Source: Parvularia atlantis
Lineage: Eukaryota
Assembly: GCA_943704415.1 (NCBI GenBank)
Contig: CALSCO010001118.1
Location: 54,228-74,227 of the forward strand
Reading direction: 5' to 3'
Length of the DNA: 20,000 nucleotides
The notes below the pieces were generated by a model that made no database searches, was not told the DNA's origin, and saw nothing but the letters and a program-made list of their open reading frames with translations. Positions 19,854 through 20,000 of the stretch are shown in pieces. The position numbers and the translations under genes were made by a program. Each line of letters begins with the position of its first letter. The stretch's first letter is position 1.

Positions 19854-20000
19854 TCACTGTGGAGCCGAGTCGTCCTTGGTGGCACCTTTCTCCGGGCCCG
19901 AGGCAGCCTCAGGGGGTTCCCCCCGCATCACGAGCAGTGCTCGTGGTTCTTGAGATAAGCCAGGCCTGTTCCTGTTCAAACCAGACGCGATGTCCTTGAT
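19854..20000 (-). CDS. Probable 3' end of an unknown protein entering from the right edge
   Basis: Open minus-strand frame IKDIASGLNRNRPGLSQEPRALLVMRGEPPEAASGPEKGATKDDSAPQ* in lower-GC sequence; too short to identify. Confidence 0.35.
   Translation of the reverse strand: MKDIASGLNRNRPGLSQEPRALLVMRGEPPEAASGPEKGATKDDSAPQ

Noticed and set aside
1..20000. Prokaryotic features, CRISPR array, tRNA/rRNA genes, alternative genetic code, species assignment
   Set aside because: The intron-rich eukaryotic genes translate cleanly in the standard code; no spacer array or tRNA/rRNA seen; taxonomy cannot be fixed without a search.

Overview
A very GC-rich, extremely compact eukaryotic (probably protist-like) genomic window. 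Genes are split by about 68 tiny spliceosomal introns, mostly 45-75 nt, with GTGCG donors and a GCTGAC/GCTCAC-like branch point, so most ORF-track entries are fragments or shadow frames. Manual splicing gives, in order: ESF1 (5'-partial), a PAS-PAS-GATA factor (White Collar-2-like architecture), an alpha/beta hydrolase, a secreted proteinase K-family subtilase with an oxyanion-hole Asn->Ser change, an intronless lower-GC SAM + PD-(D/E)xK nuclease + kinase gene (Crinkler/RHS-type effector architecture), an uncertain ORF, a YAR1-like ankyrin protein, OLA1/YchF, RPP21/Rpr2, MTR4, a 70-aa possibly Hsk3-like gene, and the 3' end of another gene. The most notable signals are non-coding. (1) A 950-nt minus-strand intron in an apparently non-coding transcript holds an ~820-nt A-poor RNA whose two ends form a pseudouridylation pocket matching LSU rRNA helix 69/70 (the yeast Psi2266/snR84 site) and which ends in AGA. 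(2) The only long MTR4 intron holds one strong and one probable H/ACA snoRNA, separated by an (AC)39 microsatellite enclosed in a stem. All family and target assignments come from recalled motifs and manual base-pairing; no searches were run.
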